Assembly (NCBI GenBank): GCA_023412665.1
Contig: JAEZCA010000068.1
Location: forward strand, 3,651-67,650
Reading direction: 5' to 3'
Length of the DNA: 64,000 nt
Origin: Bacillota bacterium
Lineage (GTDB): Bacteria > Bacillota > Clostridia > Acetivibrionales > DTU013
Shown: in pieces, positions 26,277-34,692 of the stretch
Layout: each line of letters begins with the position of its first letter
How positions within the stretch are numbered: position 1 is the first letter of the stretch
Notes under the pieces: model-generated
The model's database searches: none
Told to the model about the DNA's origin: nothing
Seen by the model: the letters and a program-made list of their open reading frames with translations, nothing else
Program-made: the position numbers and the translations under genes

Positions 26277-27911
26277 GTGTCATCCGGAGAATTTTGGTAC
26301 GACAGTTTTTTAAGCAAATACAAATCAGGTATTTCCCATGAGTTTCTGTTTTATTTTAATGTTCGCGATCTGGTGGACAACTACAGGTACATGGACAGAT
26401 ACTTCTATGAGGAATTCATCAAGAAGAGAGGCTTTGGTATCGTTGCCTTTTACGATATATCAAGAGGTCTTACCTTTCTGGATGCAGGCATGGAAAAAGA
26501 GTTCAATATTATTACCTCCAATGAAGCTGCCAATTTAATGAATGCAATGCCGTCCAGGCTGTTCCCTCATATCGATAAGGCGCTGAAGAATACCAAGATG
26601 GTGCTTTTTATCGATCATGTGGAAAAGATTATCCCGTCAGGTGATATTGCCAGTATGTCCCTTGAGGAAAGGGTATCCTTGATTTGGATCTGCGAGTGGT
26701 CAGTCAGTGCCAAGATATCCTCTGTAGGCAGCTGCATACTGATGCTATCCGATAATCTTGCCGATGTGAGCCGGGAGCTGCTCAAATCCTCATACAGGAT
26801 CGAGCCGATATTTGTCGGACTGCCAAATGAGGCGCAGCGCAAGGATTATATAGAATATTTGCTCAAGGACAACGGCGTAAAGACGGAAATAACCGCAGAC
26901 GAATTCGCAAAGCTATCCTCCGGGCTGAGTAAAAAATCGATAAAAGACATAAAACTGAAATCAGAGGCCGAAGATATACCCATAAGCTTCGAGTTCATAA
27001 AGGAGAAGAAGCATTCCGTGCTGCAGAAGGAGTATGGCGATGTGCTGGAGTTCATATACCCGGAACTGGACTTTGAAAACATCGGCGGTATGGAAAAGGC
27101 AAAGGAATATTTGCTGAAGAACATCGTAAAGCCCATAATGAAGGGAGACCTCAGGAGGGTTCCCATGGGAATACTGCTTTGCGGACCTTCCGGAACAGGT
27201 AAGACACTTCTGGTCAATGCCCTTGCAAGGGCCAGCGGATTTAATTGCGTGAAGATCGATATGTCAAGGATCCTTGGCCAGTATGTAGGTGAAAGCGAGA
27301 AGAATTTTAAGAAGTGTCTGCTTGGCGCTCAATCACAGCACCCGGTAATAGTGTTCGTGGACGAATTGGATACGGCTTTCCGAAGAGGAGACAGCGGGGA
27401 CAGCGGTGTGAGCAGGAACATATTCAGTGAATTTTTGCAGTTCACCGGTAATACAAATAATAGGGGCAAGGTTATTTTTATTGCAGCAACCAACAGACCG
27501 GATCTGATAGATCCTGCTTTGAAAAGAGCCGGAAGGTTCGACAAAAAGATACCGATACTGCTGCCTGATGCCAGGGAACGAGCGGATATTTTCAGGATCA
27601 TTACAAAGAAATACGGATTTGATACGGATATAGAGGACTTCATGCCTTTTGCGCAGGAGACGGAGAACTATACCGGTGCAGAGATAGAGACCGTTGTCAG
27701 GAAGGCTTATGAGCTGGCTAACGAGGACGAGACCGATAATAATATCCTTACGGCTCAAATAATGTCGGAGGCAATAATGAGATGCCGGCCAAGCACCCAG
27801 CAGGTTCAGTTCATGACAATGCTGGCCATCGATGAATGCGATGACAAGGATTTATTGCCTGAGAAATATAAAGGGCTCCTGGACACAAAAAACCTGTCCG
27901 AGGATAGATGA
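26277..27911 (+). CDS. Classical-clade AAA+ ATPase (CDC48/Vps4/FtsH-like ATPase domain) with Walker-less N-terminal domain
   Basis: ORF 26202..27911. GTG 26277 lies 6 nt after ACAGGAGGG. Walker A GPSGTGKT, Walker B VIVFVDELD, second region of homology ATNRPDLIDPALKRAGRFD. The N-terminal roughly 280 aa lacks a P-loop. Confidence 0.85.
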   Translation: MSSGEFWYDSFLSKYKSGISHEFLFYFNVRDLVDNYRYMDRYFYEEFIKKRGFGIVAFYDISRGLTFLDAGMEKEFNIITSNEAANLMNAMPSRLFPHIDKALKNTKMVLFIDHVEKIIPSGDIASMSLEERVSLIWICEWSVSAKISSVGSCILMLSDNLADVSRELLKSSYRIEPIFVGLPNEAQRKDYIEYLLKDNGVKTEITADEFAKLSSGLSKKSIKDIKLKSEAEDIPISFEFIKEKKHSVLQKEYGDVLEFIYPELDFENIGGMEKAKEYLLKNIVKPIMKGDLRRVPMGILLCGPSGTGKTLLVNALARASGFNCVKIDMSRILGQYVGESEKNFKKCLLGAQSQHPVIVFVDELDTAFRRGDSGDSGVSRNIFSEFLQFTGNTNNRGKVIFIAATNRPDLIDPALKRAGRFDKKIPILLPDARERADIFRIITKKYGFDTDIEDFMPFAQETENYTGAEIETVVRKAYELANEDETDNNILTAQIMSEAIMRCRPSTQQVQFMTMLAIDECDDKDLLPEKYKGLLDTKNLSEDR

Positions 27912-28116
27912 TACAGTGGATCGGCAGGGTTTGCTTGTGGAAATCATGTTTTATTCTTGGAAGCACTGCTGCAGACCTCACAGTCGGTTCGAGGCGACTG
28001 GAAAGACCCGTGAGACAGGACTTCAAGGTAGAACTCATTTGTCGGCAGAATCGATCCACAGGGGTGGGTGCTTTAAAACATGATCGGAATAAGCAACCCT
28101 GCCGACTCTGTACAGT
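27912..28116 (+). ncRNA. Candidate structured RNA / long imperfect hairpin (class unknown)
   Basis: Long-range pairing read directly: 27912-16/28108-12, 27922-31/28095-104 (10 bp), 27933-36/28091-94, 27943-53/28074-84 (11 bp), 27961-66/28068-73 and 27969-76/28041-48. Inner hairpin CAGTCG-N8-CGACTG. Strand not determined. Confidence 0.4.
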
Positions 28117-28234
28117 TAAGGCAGGAGAGTAGTTTTGCCGAGACATTAATCCTTTACATCGGGCATTATTTATTATAAATTAAATATATACAGAAATGGC
28201 GGAACGTAACAATAAATAAAGGGAGGCAGTTAAT

Positions 28235-28963
28235 ATGGGTTTTTTCAGTAGACTTGGCGCTTTGATAAGAGGTTTCTTCGGCAGTTTGCTGGGGGGCGTG
28301 GAAGAAAATAATCCGGAATTACTATTTGAGGATATCAAGATGCAGATAGACAGGGCCAGAAAAGAAGCGGAGCAGCAGATCCTTGAGATTCAGACAAATG
28401 CCGAGATGATCAAGATCGAAATGCGGAATGCGGAAAAGAATCTTTTCACTGTAAAGGCAAGAGTTGAAGCTGCTCAGAAGACAGGAGACAAGGAGCTTCT
28501 GATTGAGCTGCTCATGCATGAGGAAGAATATCAGGCAACCTATGAGACCCATAAGGCCACCTATGATACTGCAATGGCTGAAGTGGCAAAGATCAGGGAG
28601 GACTACAAAATATTCGAGTCTGAAATGAGCGCCAAGCTCAATGAATTAAAGACTTTGAAATCCCAGGCAAAAATGGCTCAGCTCAGGGAGAATATCAACT
28701 CCGTGAATGCCAGATATACTTCAAGGAACAATACAGTCGGCAGTGTAAACGAGAGCATGGACAGGGCAAGAGAGCTTGTCAACAAAAAGACTGCCCGCGC
28801 CAATGCAGTGGAATCTCTTGGGGATACAAATATGGATCTGAAGCTCAAGAGGCTTGACATGAACTCTGCAAGGGATAGGGCGAAGGCAAGGGCTGAAGCG
28901 CTCCTTGGCAGCGAGCAGGGCTTTGAGGTAAAGGAAAAGACAGAAAACAAGGTATCACAGTAA
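28235..28963 (+). CDS. pspA: PspA/IM30-family protein (ESCRT-III superfamily)
   Basis: MGFFSRLGALIRGFFGSLLGGVEENNPELL resembles the amphipathic PspA N-terminus. The remainder is continuous coiled coil. AGGGAGG Shine-Dalgarno. Confidence 0.85.
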   Translation: MGFFSRLGALIRGFFGSLLGGVEENNPELLFEDIKMQIDRARKEAEQQILEIQTNAEMIKIEMRNAEKNLFTVKARVEAAQKTGDKELLIELLMHEEEYQATYETHKATYDTAMAEVAKIREDYKIFESEMSAKLNELKTLKSQAKMAQLRENINSVNARYTSRNNTVGSVNESMDRARELVNKKTARANAVESLGDTNMDLKLKRLDMNSARDRAKARAEALLGSEQGFEVKEKTENKVSQ

Positions 28964-29028
28964 ATGAAACCAGTACAAATTGGTGTAGCAGGTAAAGGGT
29001 TATTATTTGGGAATGGTGGTTTGAGCTT

Positions 29029-29844
29029 ATGAGAGCAAGAATGGTTTTGAGCGCGTTATTCAAATTGAGAAACATAGGAATACTGGCTGCGGCTTTGATC
29101 CTGGCAGCTCTTTTAAGCGACCCCACGGCATTGCCCAACATGTTTGGAATAAATGGCGCACTGCCTGACTCTCTAACTGTTACGGGAAGTATTGCAGTCT
29201 ATATGGTATTTGTCATTCAGACTCTTCTCAGTAAAAAGTTCCATACCGAATTCAACCAGAAGGAAAAGTTCAGGAACATAAGAGAGCTGAACAGGCTGGC
29301 CAACAGGCTTTCTTCAGAGGCCAGAAGAAATACCAACAACACCTACATGCAAAAGCTCAGGAAGGTAATAAACGACAAGAACGATATTTTTACTTCCTAC
29401 TCAACAGGAGAGCCAAGCTATCTGAAGGAAAAAATAGTTGAGCAGACGCTGAACCTGGTGATAGCTTATCTGAAGCTGCTCAACAACTTCTGTATAAGGA
29501 GCCGGGAGCTCAGCAGCGTGGATGTGGGCGCCGTATCAGCCAGGATAAACAACAACTCGAGAAAGCTCAGCTTTGCCAAGGACGCAAGGATGGCCGAGGA
29601 TGTCCGCAAAATCATCGAAATGGATGAGAAGCTGATAGGCAGGCTGAAGGAAGAGAAGAAGGATCTGGAGAGGATAAGTGCCAAGCTTGATTACATGGAA
29701 AGCACTGTGAACATGTTCAAGCACCAGATCATGTCCAGCGTCGAAAACGAGGATATGCTCGAACAACTGGAAACAGCGGTAAATGAAGCTGAAGCCCTTG
29801 ACGCGGTGCTTGAGGACAGGCGCAGGAACAAGCTAAGGATGTAA
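29029..29844 (+). CDS. Membrane-anchored coiled-coil protein (possibly XpaC/TelA-like)
   Basis: Two N-terminal hydrophobic segments (IGILAAALILAALL; VTGSIAVYMVFVIQTLL), then about 190 aa of helical or coiled-coil sequence. Starts 65 nt after pspA. Confidence 0.5.
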   Translation: MRARMVLSALFKLRNIGILAAALILAALLSDPTALPNMFGINGALPDSLTVTGSIAVYMVFVIQTLLSKKFHTEFNQKEKFRNIRELNRLANRLSSEARRNTNNTYMQKLRKVINDKNDIFTSYSTGEPSYLKEKIVEQTLNLVIAYLKLLNNFCIRSRELSSVDVGAVSARINNNSRKLSFAKDARMAEDVRKIIEMDEKLIGRLKEEKKDLERISAKLDYMESTVNMFKHQIMSSVENEDMLEQLETAVNEAEALDAVLEDRRRNKLRM

Positions 29845-29870
29845 GGCTCTCATCGATAATTATTAAAAGC

Positions 29871-29912
29871 AAGGGACGGGAAATTATCAGAAATGATTTC
29901 GCGCCCCTTTTT
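29871..29912 (+). terminator. Rho-independent terminator after the pspA two-gene unit
   Basis: AAGGGACGGGAAAT ... ATTTCGCGCCCCTT with two mismatches, followed by TTTT. Confidence 0.55.
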
Positions 29913-30001
29913 CATGTAATTGTGGTATTCTTTAAGGGAACCGTCCACTGATGCCGATAGTCAAAATGAAAGAATAAGCAAAGGAGCCGCGATAAAATAG
30001 C

Positions 30002-30379
30002 ATGTCAGTACATTGTGGTGTCGATATAATCGAGATAGACAGGGTGAAAAAATCTGTTGATGAGCTTGAAAGCTTCAGAAGCAGGGTTTTCACAGAGAAA
30101 GAGATAGCATACTGCGAGGGTAGGAACAAAGCAAAATACGAGAGCTATGCAGCCAGATTCGCCGCGAAGGAGGCAGTTCTGAAAGCTCTGGGGACTGGTC
30201 TTTCCGACGGAGTCGAGTGGAAGCACATAGAGATCAGCAATGATGAAAGGGGAAAGCCTGTGGTGGCTTTGACACACAGAGCCCTTGACATCTTTCGGGA
30301 AATGAATGGGAAGAGCATCGATATAAGCCTTTCCCACTGCAGTACATATGCAGTGGCATATGCAGTGATAGAAAATTAA
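30002..30379 (+). CDS. acpS: Holo-[acyl-carrier-protein] synthase
   Basis: 125 aa. GVDIIEIDRV, RFAAKEAVLKALG and ISLSHC motifs. Confidence 0.9.
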   Translation: MSVHCGVDIIEIDRVKKSVDELESFRSRVFTEKEIAYCEGRNKAKYESYAARFAAKEAVLKALGTGLSDGVEWKHIEISNDERGKPVVALTHRALDIFREMNGKSIDISLSHCSTYAVAYAVIEN

Positions 30380-30392
30380 GAGGTGGATATAC

Positions 30393-31493
30393 ATGAGGGT
30401 CAGGCTGCTCCAGTTCGGAGATCTTCATCTGGATGCCCCTTTCACATCGTTGGGCGATATTGAAGGGAGGCCTCATCAAAGGAGGCAGGATCTGAAGAGG
30501 ACACTGTCGAGGATAATTGATCTTGCGCTGAGTGAAAATCCGGATATCGTGCTTGTCTGCGGAGACCTGTATGAGCATGCCTATACGGCTAAAGGCTCAA
30601 TCAACTATGTATGCGCTCAATTTGAGAGGATACCGGACATACCTGTTTTGATGATACCCGGAAACCATGATCCGCAGGTACCCGGCTCCTTTTACAGCGA
30701 CCACGGGTGGCCGTCCAATGTGCATGTGCTTGGTACAGGTGATATGTTCGAGCATTCTCCCTCAGGCACCAGAGTTTTCGGCGGAGCTGCCCCGGAAACA
30801 ACAGATCCGTCCTATATCAATATATTGATGCATCATGGGACATTGGACATGCCCTTTAACTCCAATGCCTTTCAGCCCATATCCGGAAGGGAGATCCAAG
30901 AGCGGGGTTTCGACTACTGCGCTTTGGGACACTTCCACTCAAGGATATCCGGCGCAGGACCAGGCGGGACCATTTTTAATGCGGGCAGTCCCGAGCCCCT
31001 TGGCTTTGATGAAGAGGGAGCTCATGGCGTGTATATATCCGAGATTGAAAAGGAACCTGGGAGGAAAAGCACTGTAAGCTCAAATTTCATCAAGCTTTGC
31101 TCAAGGAGAGCTGTCACCCTGGAGGTCGGGATAAGCGGATGCCTGAGCAATGAGCAGGCAGCAGGCCTGATTGAAGCTGAAATAGGAAGAGCGGGAAGCA
31201 GTGAAGATCTTTTCAGGGTCATTCTAAAAGGCCGCATACCCTCGGATATAAGGATAGACGCAGAGGCTGTCGCAGAGCAGACAGCTGATAAGGCATTCTA
31301 TATAAAAATAATTGATGAAACCATCCCGGACTATGACCTGGAGCAAATTTCCCGTGAACAGGGACTAAAGGGGCTTTTTACCAGAAAAATGCTCGAGAGG
31401 GCAGCCAAAGAGGACCAGGAAGGGGCAAGGCTGGTCATGCAGGCGCTTTATTACGGACTGGAGGCTATTGACGAGGGAAAGGTATGCGTATAG
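30393..31493 (+). CDS. SbcD/Mre11-family metallophosphoesterase (YhaO/SbcF-like)
   Basis: FGDLHLD, CGDLYEH and PGNHD calcineurin-like motifs. The stop overlaps the next gene's start by 10 nt. Confidence 0.85.
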   Translation: MRVRLLQFGDLHLDAPFTSLGDIEGRPHQRRQDLKRTLSRIIDLALSENPDIVLVCGDLYEHAYTAKGSINYVCAQFERIPDIPVLMIPGNHDPQVPGSFYSDHGWPSNVHVLGTGDMFEHSPSGTRVFGGAAPETTDPSYINILMHHGTLDMPFNSNAFQPISGREIQERGFDYCALGHFHSRISGAGPGGTIFNAGSPEPLGFDEEGAHGVYISEIEKEPGRKSTVSSNFIKLCSRRAVTLEVGISGCLSNEQAAGLIEAEIGRAGSSEDLFRVILKGRIPSDIRIDAEAVAEQTADKAFYIKIIDETIPDYDLEQISREQGLKGLFTRKMLERAAKEDQEGARLVMQALYYGLEAIDEGKVCV

Positions 31494-33682
31494 AGAGGGT
31501 CGAGATCAATGGGTTTGCTAAAATAAGGAACCTGGTGATTGCTCCGGGCAGCGGACTTAATGTCATTTACGGGGCTAATGAGGCTGGAAAGTCTACTGTC
31601 CAGAGGTTCATCAGAGCAATGCTTTACGGGGTCAGGAACGGACGTGAGCCGTCCGGGCTTCCTGCTGCGCAGAAAAGATTCATGCCATGGGACGGCGCTC
31701 CATATGGCGGCTCTATTATATATTCTCTTGATAATGGATCAACAATTCGAGCTGAAAGAAACTTTGATAAGAATACCGTTCGTATATTTGACGGCAGTTA
31801 TAATGATATATCAGGGACATTCAGACTTGGTAAAGACAAGCTGCCTATGTTTGCTGACGAGCATCTGGGAATGGATGAAGCAACGTTTACAAGGACGGCC
31901 TTCATTGGTCAGATGGATGTCAGGATCGGCAGCAGCGGTTCGTCGGAACTGGCAGCAAGGCTTGCCAATGCTAAGGATACAGGGTCTGAAGGGTTGTCCT
32001 TCCAGAGAGCTGAGGCTGCTCTGGCAAATGCTCTGAAAAACAGGATAGGCACTGAGAGAACCAGGACACAGCCGCTGGACAGGCTTGAAGCGAGGCTCAG
32101 GCAGCTCGAAGAAGAGCATGCCAGGCTGACATACCGGCAGAAGCAAAGGCAGAGCCTGAAAGATGAGCTGTCGGATGTAAAAGCCCGGCTTGCCGGCTTG
32201 GACGCGCAGGAGCAGTATCTGGCAATAGTTGAAGAGCTGATCGATACAAGAAAGAAGATAGATGCAGGCATAAAGAAAGAGACAAATCTCACAGAGACAG
32301 CCGCGCTGCTTAAGGACATGGACAGGAAGCTGTCCGGACTGCTGGAGCAGGAACGTGCCGCTGCGGAGAATACAGGCCGAAACGGTGGTACCAGCCGAGA
32401 ATCCGGATATAGCGCCGATAGACCACAAAACAGCCGACGCTTTGAGAAGGTCAAGACTTTCCGCTTTGGTCCGGCAGTCCCGCTGCTCTGTTTTGCCGCT
32501 GCGCTGATATCGGGGGCGTTGCTGGTGTCCGCATTGACATCAGGGAGTCGGCCTGACGTACCGGCATCAATGCTTTTGTATGGGCTTGTTATGCTTATTT
32601 CCGCTATTGTGGGAACTATTTCCCTTGTTAAGGGAATGAAGGCCATGTATAGCCGAACCGGAAATGTATCAGGCGGACTGACCGGCGCATATCACGGAAG
32701 CATAGGAGATGACGGCAGCACCGTTGATTTGGCAAATACAGGTGATACTATATTGAGACCGGATGCCTTGAAGGAAAGGGCTGAGGGACTAGCCTTGCTG
32801 AAGCGGAATGCATTGAACAACGCTTCTTTGATATGCGGCAGCACGATGAGCCGCACTGAAGACGTGGAAAGGGCCTTGAGTCATACACGGACTGAGTTGG
32901 AGGAATTAAGCGCCAGACTACAGCGGAGAATTGAAGATGCAGGTAAGATTAAACAGCCTGCAGACAGCTATTTTACGGGGAAGGATCTGGATATGGTTAT
33001 CTATGATACCGATATATCGAGCCTGGAATCAGTGCTGAGGGCTGAAATGGAAAGCGTCAGGCAGTCTGTGCTGAGTATGTCGCTGAGGGAAAAATACTGT
33101 GAAGGAATGGCTGACGATGACAAAGAGAGCGCTTATGAACTGCAGCGTGTGGTAGAAGAAACCGTTGCGGTAAAGGAGAAAATCGCGTATCTTAGAAATA
33201 AGGCAAATGCAATCAAGCTTGCTCATGAGGTCCTATTGGAAGCCGGCATGGAAATCAGGCGTGATTTTGCTCCCGGTCTGAATAGCAGAATGAGCAGTAT
33301 AATAGCGGGTATAACAGGACAAAGGTATACGGATCTCAGAGGGGATGAGGCTCTGTTGCTCAATGCAGCCGCACCGGAATACGGGGAAGTTAAAAATGTA
33401 CTCCTGCTCAGCGGTGGTACGGCTGATCAGATGTACCTGGCGATGAGGCTTGCCATGACAGGTCTTTTGACTAAGGGGTCCGAGAGCCTGCCGTTAATAA
33501 TGGATGAAGTATTTTCTCAGTTTGATGACAACAGGACTGCTCTTGCGTTAAAATATTTACATAATGAGTACAGAGGCAGCCAGATATTCATTTTTACCTG
33601 CAAACAGCGGGAGGTGGAGCTGGCGAGGCAGATTTACGGCGACAGAATGAATTTTGTGGAGTTGGGGCATGAAGATTTTTAA
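31484..33682 (+). CDS. SMC/SbcC-like ABC-type ATPase with internal transmembrane hairpin (YhaN/SbcE-like)
   Basis: Walker A GANEAGKST. Signature LSGGTADQMYLAMRLAM. Walker B LPLIMDEVFSQFD. Coiled coils flank two hydrophobic helices (AVPLLCFAAALISGALLVSAL; MLLYGLVMLISAIVGTISLV). Confidence 0.8.
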   Translation: MRIERVEINGFAKIRNLVIAPGSGLNVIYGANEAGKSTVQRFIRAMLYGVRNGREPSGLPAAQKRFMPWDGAPYGGSIIYSLDNGSTIRAERNFDKNTVRIFDGSYNDISGTFRLGKDKLPMFADEHLGMDEATFTRTAFIGQMDVRIGSSGSSELAARLANAKDTGSEGLSFQRAEAALANALKNRIGTERTRTQPLDRLEARLRQLEEEHARLTYRQKQRQSLKDELSDVKARLAGLDAQEQYLAIVEELIDTRKKIDAGIKKETNLTETAALLKDMDRKLSGLLEQERAAAENTGRNGGTSRESGYSADRPQNSRRFEKVKTFRFGPAVPLLCFAAALISGALLVSALTSGSRPDVPASMLLYGLVMLISAIVGTISLVKGMKAMYSRTGNVSGGLTGAYHGSIGDDGSTVDLANTGDTILRPDALKERAEGLALLKRNALNNASLICGSTMSRTEDVERALSHTRTELEELSARLQRRIEDAGKIKQPADSYFTGKDLDMVIYDTDISSLESVLRAEMESVRQSVLSMSLREKYCEGMADDDKESAYELQRVVEETVAVKEKIAYLRNKANAIKLAHEVLLEAGMEIRRDFAPGLNSRMSSIIAGITGQRYTDLRGDEALLLNAAAPEYGEVKNVLLLSGGTADQMYLAMRLAMTGLLTKGSESLPLIMDEVFSQFDDNRTALALKYLHNEYRGSQIFIFTCKQREVELARQIYGDRMNFVELGHEDF

Positions 33683-34673
33683 CAGGGGTTTAAGGCAGAA
33701 TGCATTAAAAGGTCAGGTACTTGCAGTTGTACTGCTTCTTTTTGTATTGCTCTGCGGCTGTGCGGACAGAGATACCCAGGTGTCGGCGTCTGCTGATGGC
33801 ACCTCAGAGCCGGGGGCAAATGCGGAGCAGTCGGTGGAATATATTTACGGAATACCTATGGATGAGACTGCTGCTGTAGTGACCGAGAGTGTAGCTGATA
33901 TTTTTGAGAAGCCGGACGTCAAATCCGGCCGCATCACCCAGGTGCTGTGCAATCAGCCCGTCAGCGTATTTAGTAATAATGGCGGCTGGGCGAATGTAAA
34001 AACCATCAACGGCATTACAGGATGGATAAAGTCAAGATATATCAGCGACGATGTATCAAGCATCACAGGCAGGGTCTACACGTACAGGATAATTGTAACG
34101 AGCAGGGAAAAGACCGTTTATTCAGGGCCTAGCGGAGGAATAACCCAGGTCAGCGCCCAAATGGGAACTGAATTTTATGCTTTTAACAATATAGATGATG
34201 CCTATGAGGTGTTCCTGCCGGGAAATACAACAGGCTGGCTCAGGGGGAGCGGTATTATTCGTGTACCTACCGGCGACGCCATACCTGTTACCAATGCTGA
34301 TGATTTTGCGGCTACAGCGCTCCGGTTTAAGGGGACGACCTTTATGCTCGGCGGTATGAGCTCTATAGGCATTGATTCGCCCAGCTTAGTTTATATTTGT
34401 GCACGGATCAACGGCATTAATCTGCCAACAACTATCGAAGGCCAAATGTCTACAGGAACCGAGATAGAAATTGATGATGCAAAAGCAGGAGACCTGGTTT
34501 TCCTGTCGGGGACCGGCGACAACGAGGCAGGTACTGTTACCTGCGTAGGTGTCAGTATCGGAGACGGCAGCTATTTATACTCGGGACGGAAAACCGGATA
34601 TGTGGCCATAGGTGATATATACAGGGAAAACCCCGATGGGGTGGTGGTGGCTGTCAGAAGGATATTCAATTAG
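33669..34673 (+). CDS. Lipoprotein with two SH3-like domains and an NlpC/P60-like domain (catalytic residues apparently substituted)
   Basis: ATG 33669 overlaps the upstream gene by 14 nt. Lipobox LLCGC. SH3b-like GWANVKTINGITGWIKSRYI. NlpC/P60 scaffold GGMSSIGIDSPSLVY ... GDLVFL ... CVGVSIGDG. Confidence 0.75.
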   Translation: MKIFNRGLRQNALKGQVLAVVLLLFVLLCGCADRDTQVSASADGTSEPGANAEQSVEYIYGIPMDETAAVVTESVADIFEKPDVKSGRITQVLCNQPVSVFSNNGGWANVKTINGITGWIKSRYISDDVSSITGRVYTYRIIVTSREKTVYSGPSGGITQVSAQMGTEFYAFNNIDDAYEVFLPGNTTGWLRGSGIIRVPTGDAIPVTNADDFAATALRFKGTTFMLGGMSSIGIDSPSLVYICARINGINLPTTIEGQMSTGTEIEIDDAKAGDLVFLSGTGDNEAGTVTCVGVSIGDGSYLYSGRKTGYVAIGDIYRENPDGVVVAVRRIFN

Positions 34674-34692
34674 ACAGATCAATACATGCGGC

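Noticed and set aside
27912-28116. Assigning the structured element to a known RNA class (SRP RNA, RNase P, tmRNA, T-box, cobalamin or c-di-GMP riboswitch)
   Set aside because: I could not find the diagnostic motifs: no GGAAGCAG-type SRP helix 8, no GAGGAAAGUCC, no tag ORF or CCA end, no T-box AGGGUGGNACC, no B12 box. A 6S-like fold remains possible but is unproven.
27811-28146. Small ORFs (27811..28146 minus; 27832..28083 and 27908..28132 plus) between the AAA+ ATPase and pspA
   Set aside because: No Shine-Dalgarno. The region is dominated by long-range base pairing, so it is better explained as a structured RNA/DNA element.
30393-33682. SbcD/SbcC-like pair as an anti-phage defence island (Lamassu/Gabija/Septu-like)
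   Set aside because: The context is housekeeping (acpS upstream, wall/lipid genes downstream). No integrase, restriction or other defence genes are present. The pair resembles the conserved Firmicute yhaO/yhaN genes.
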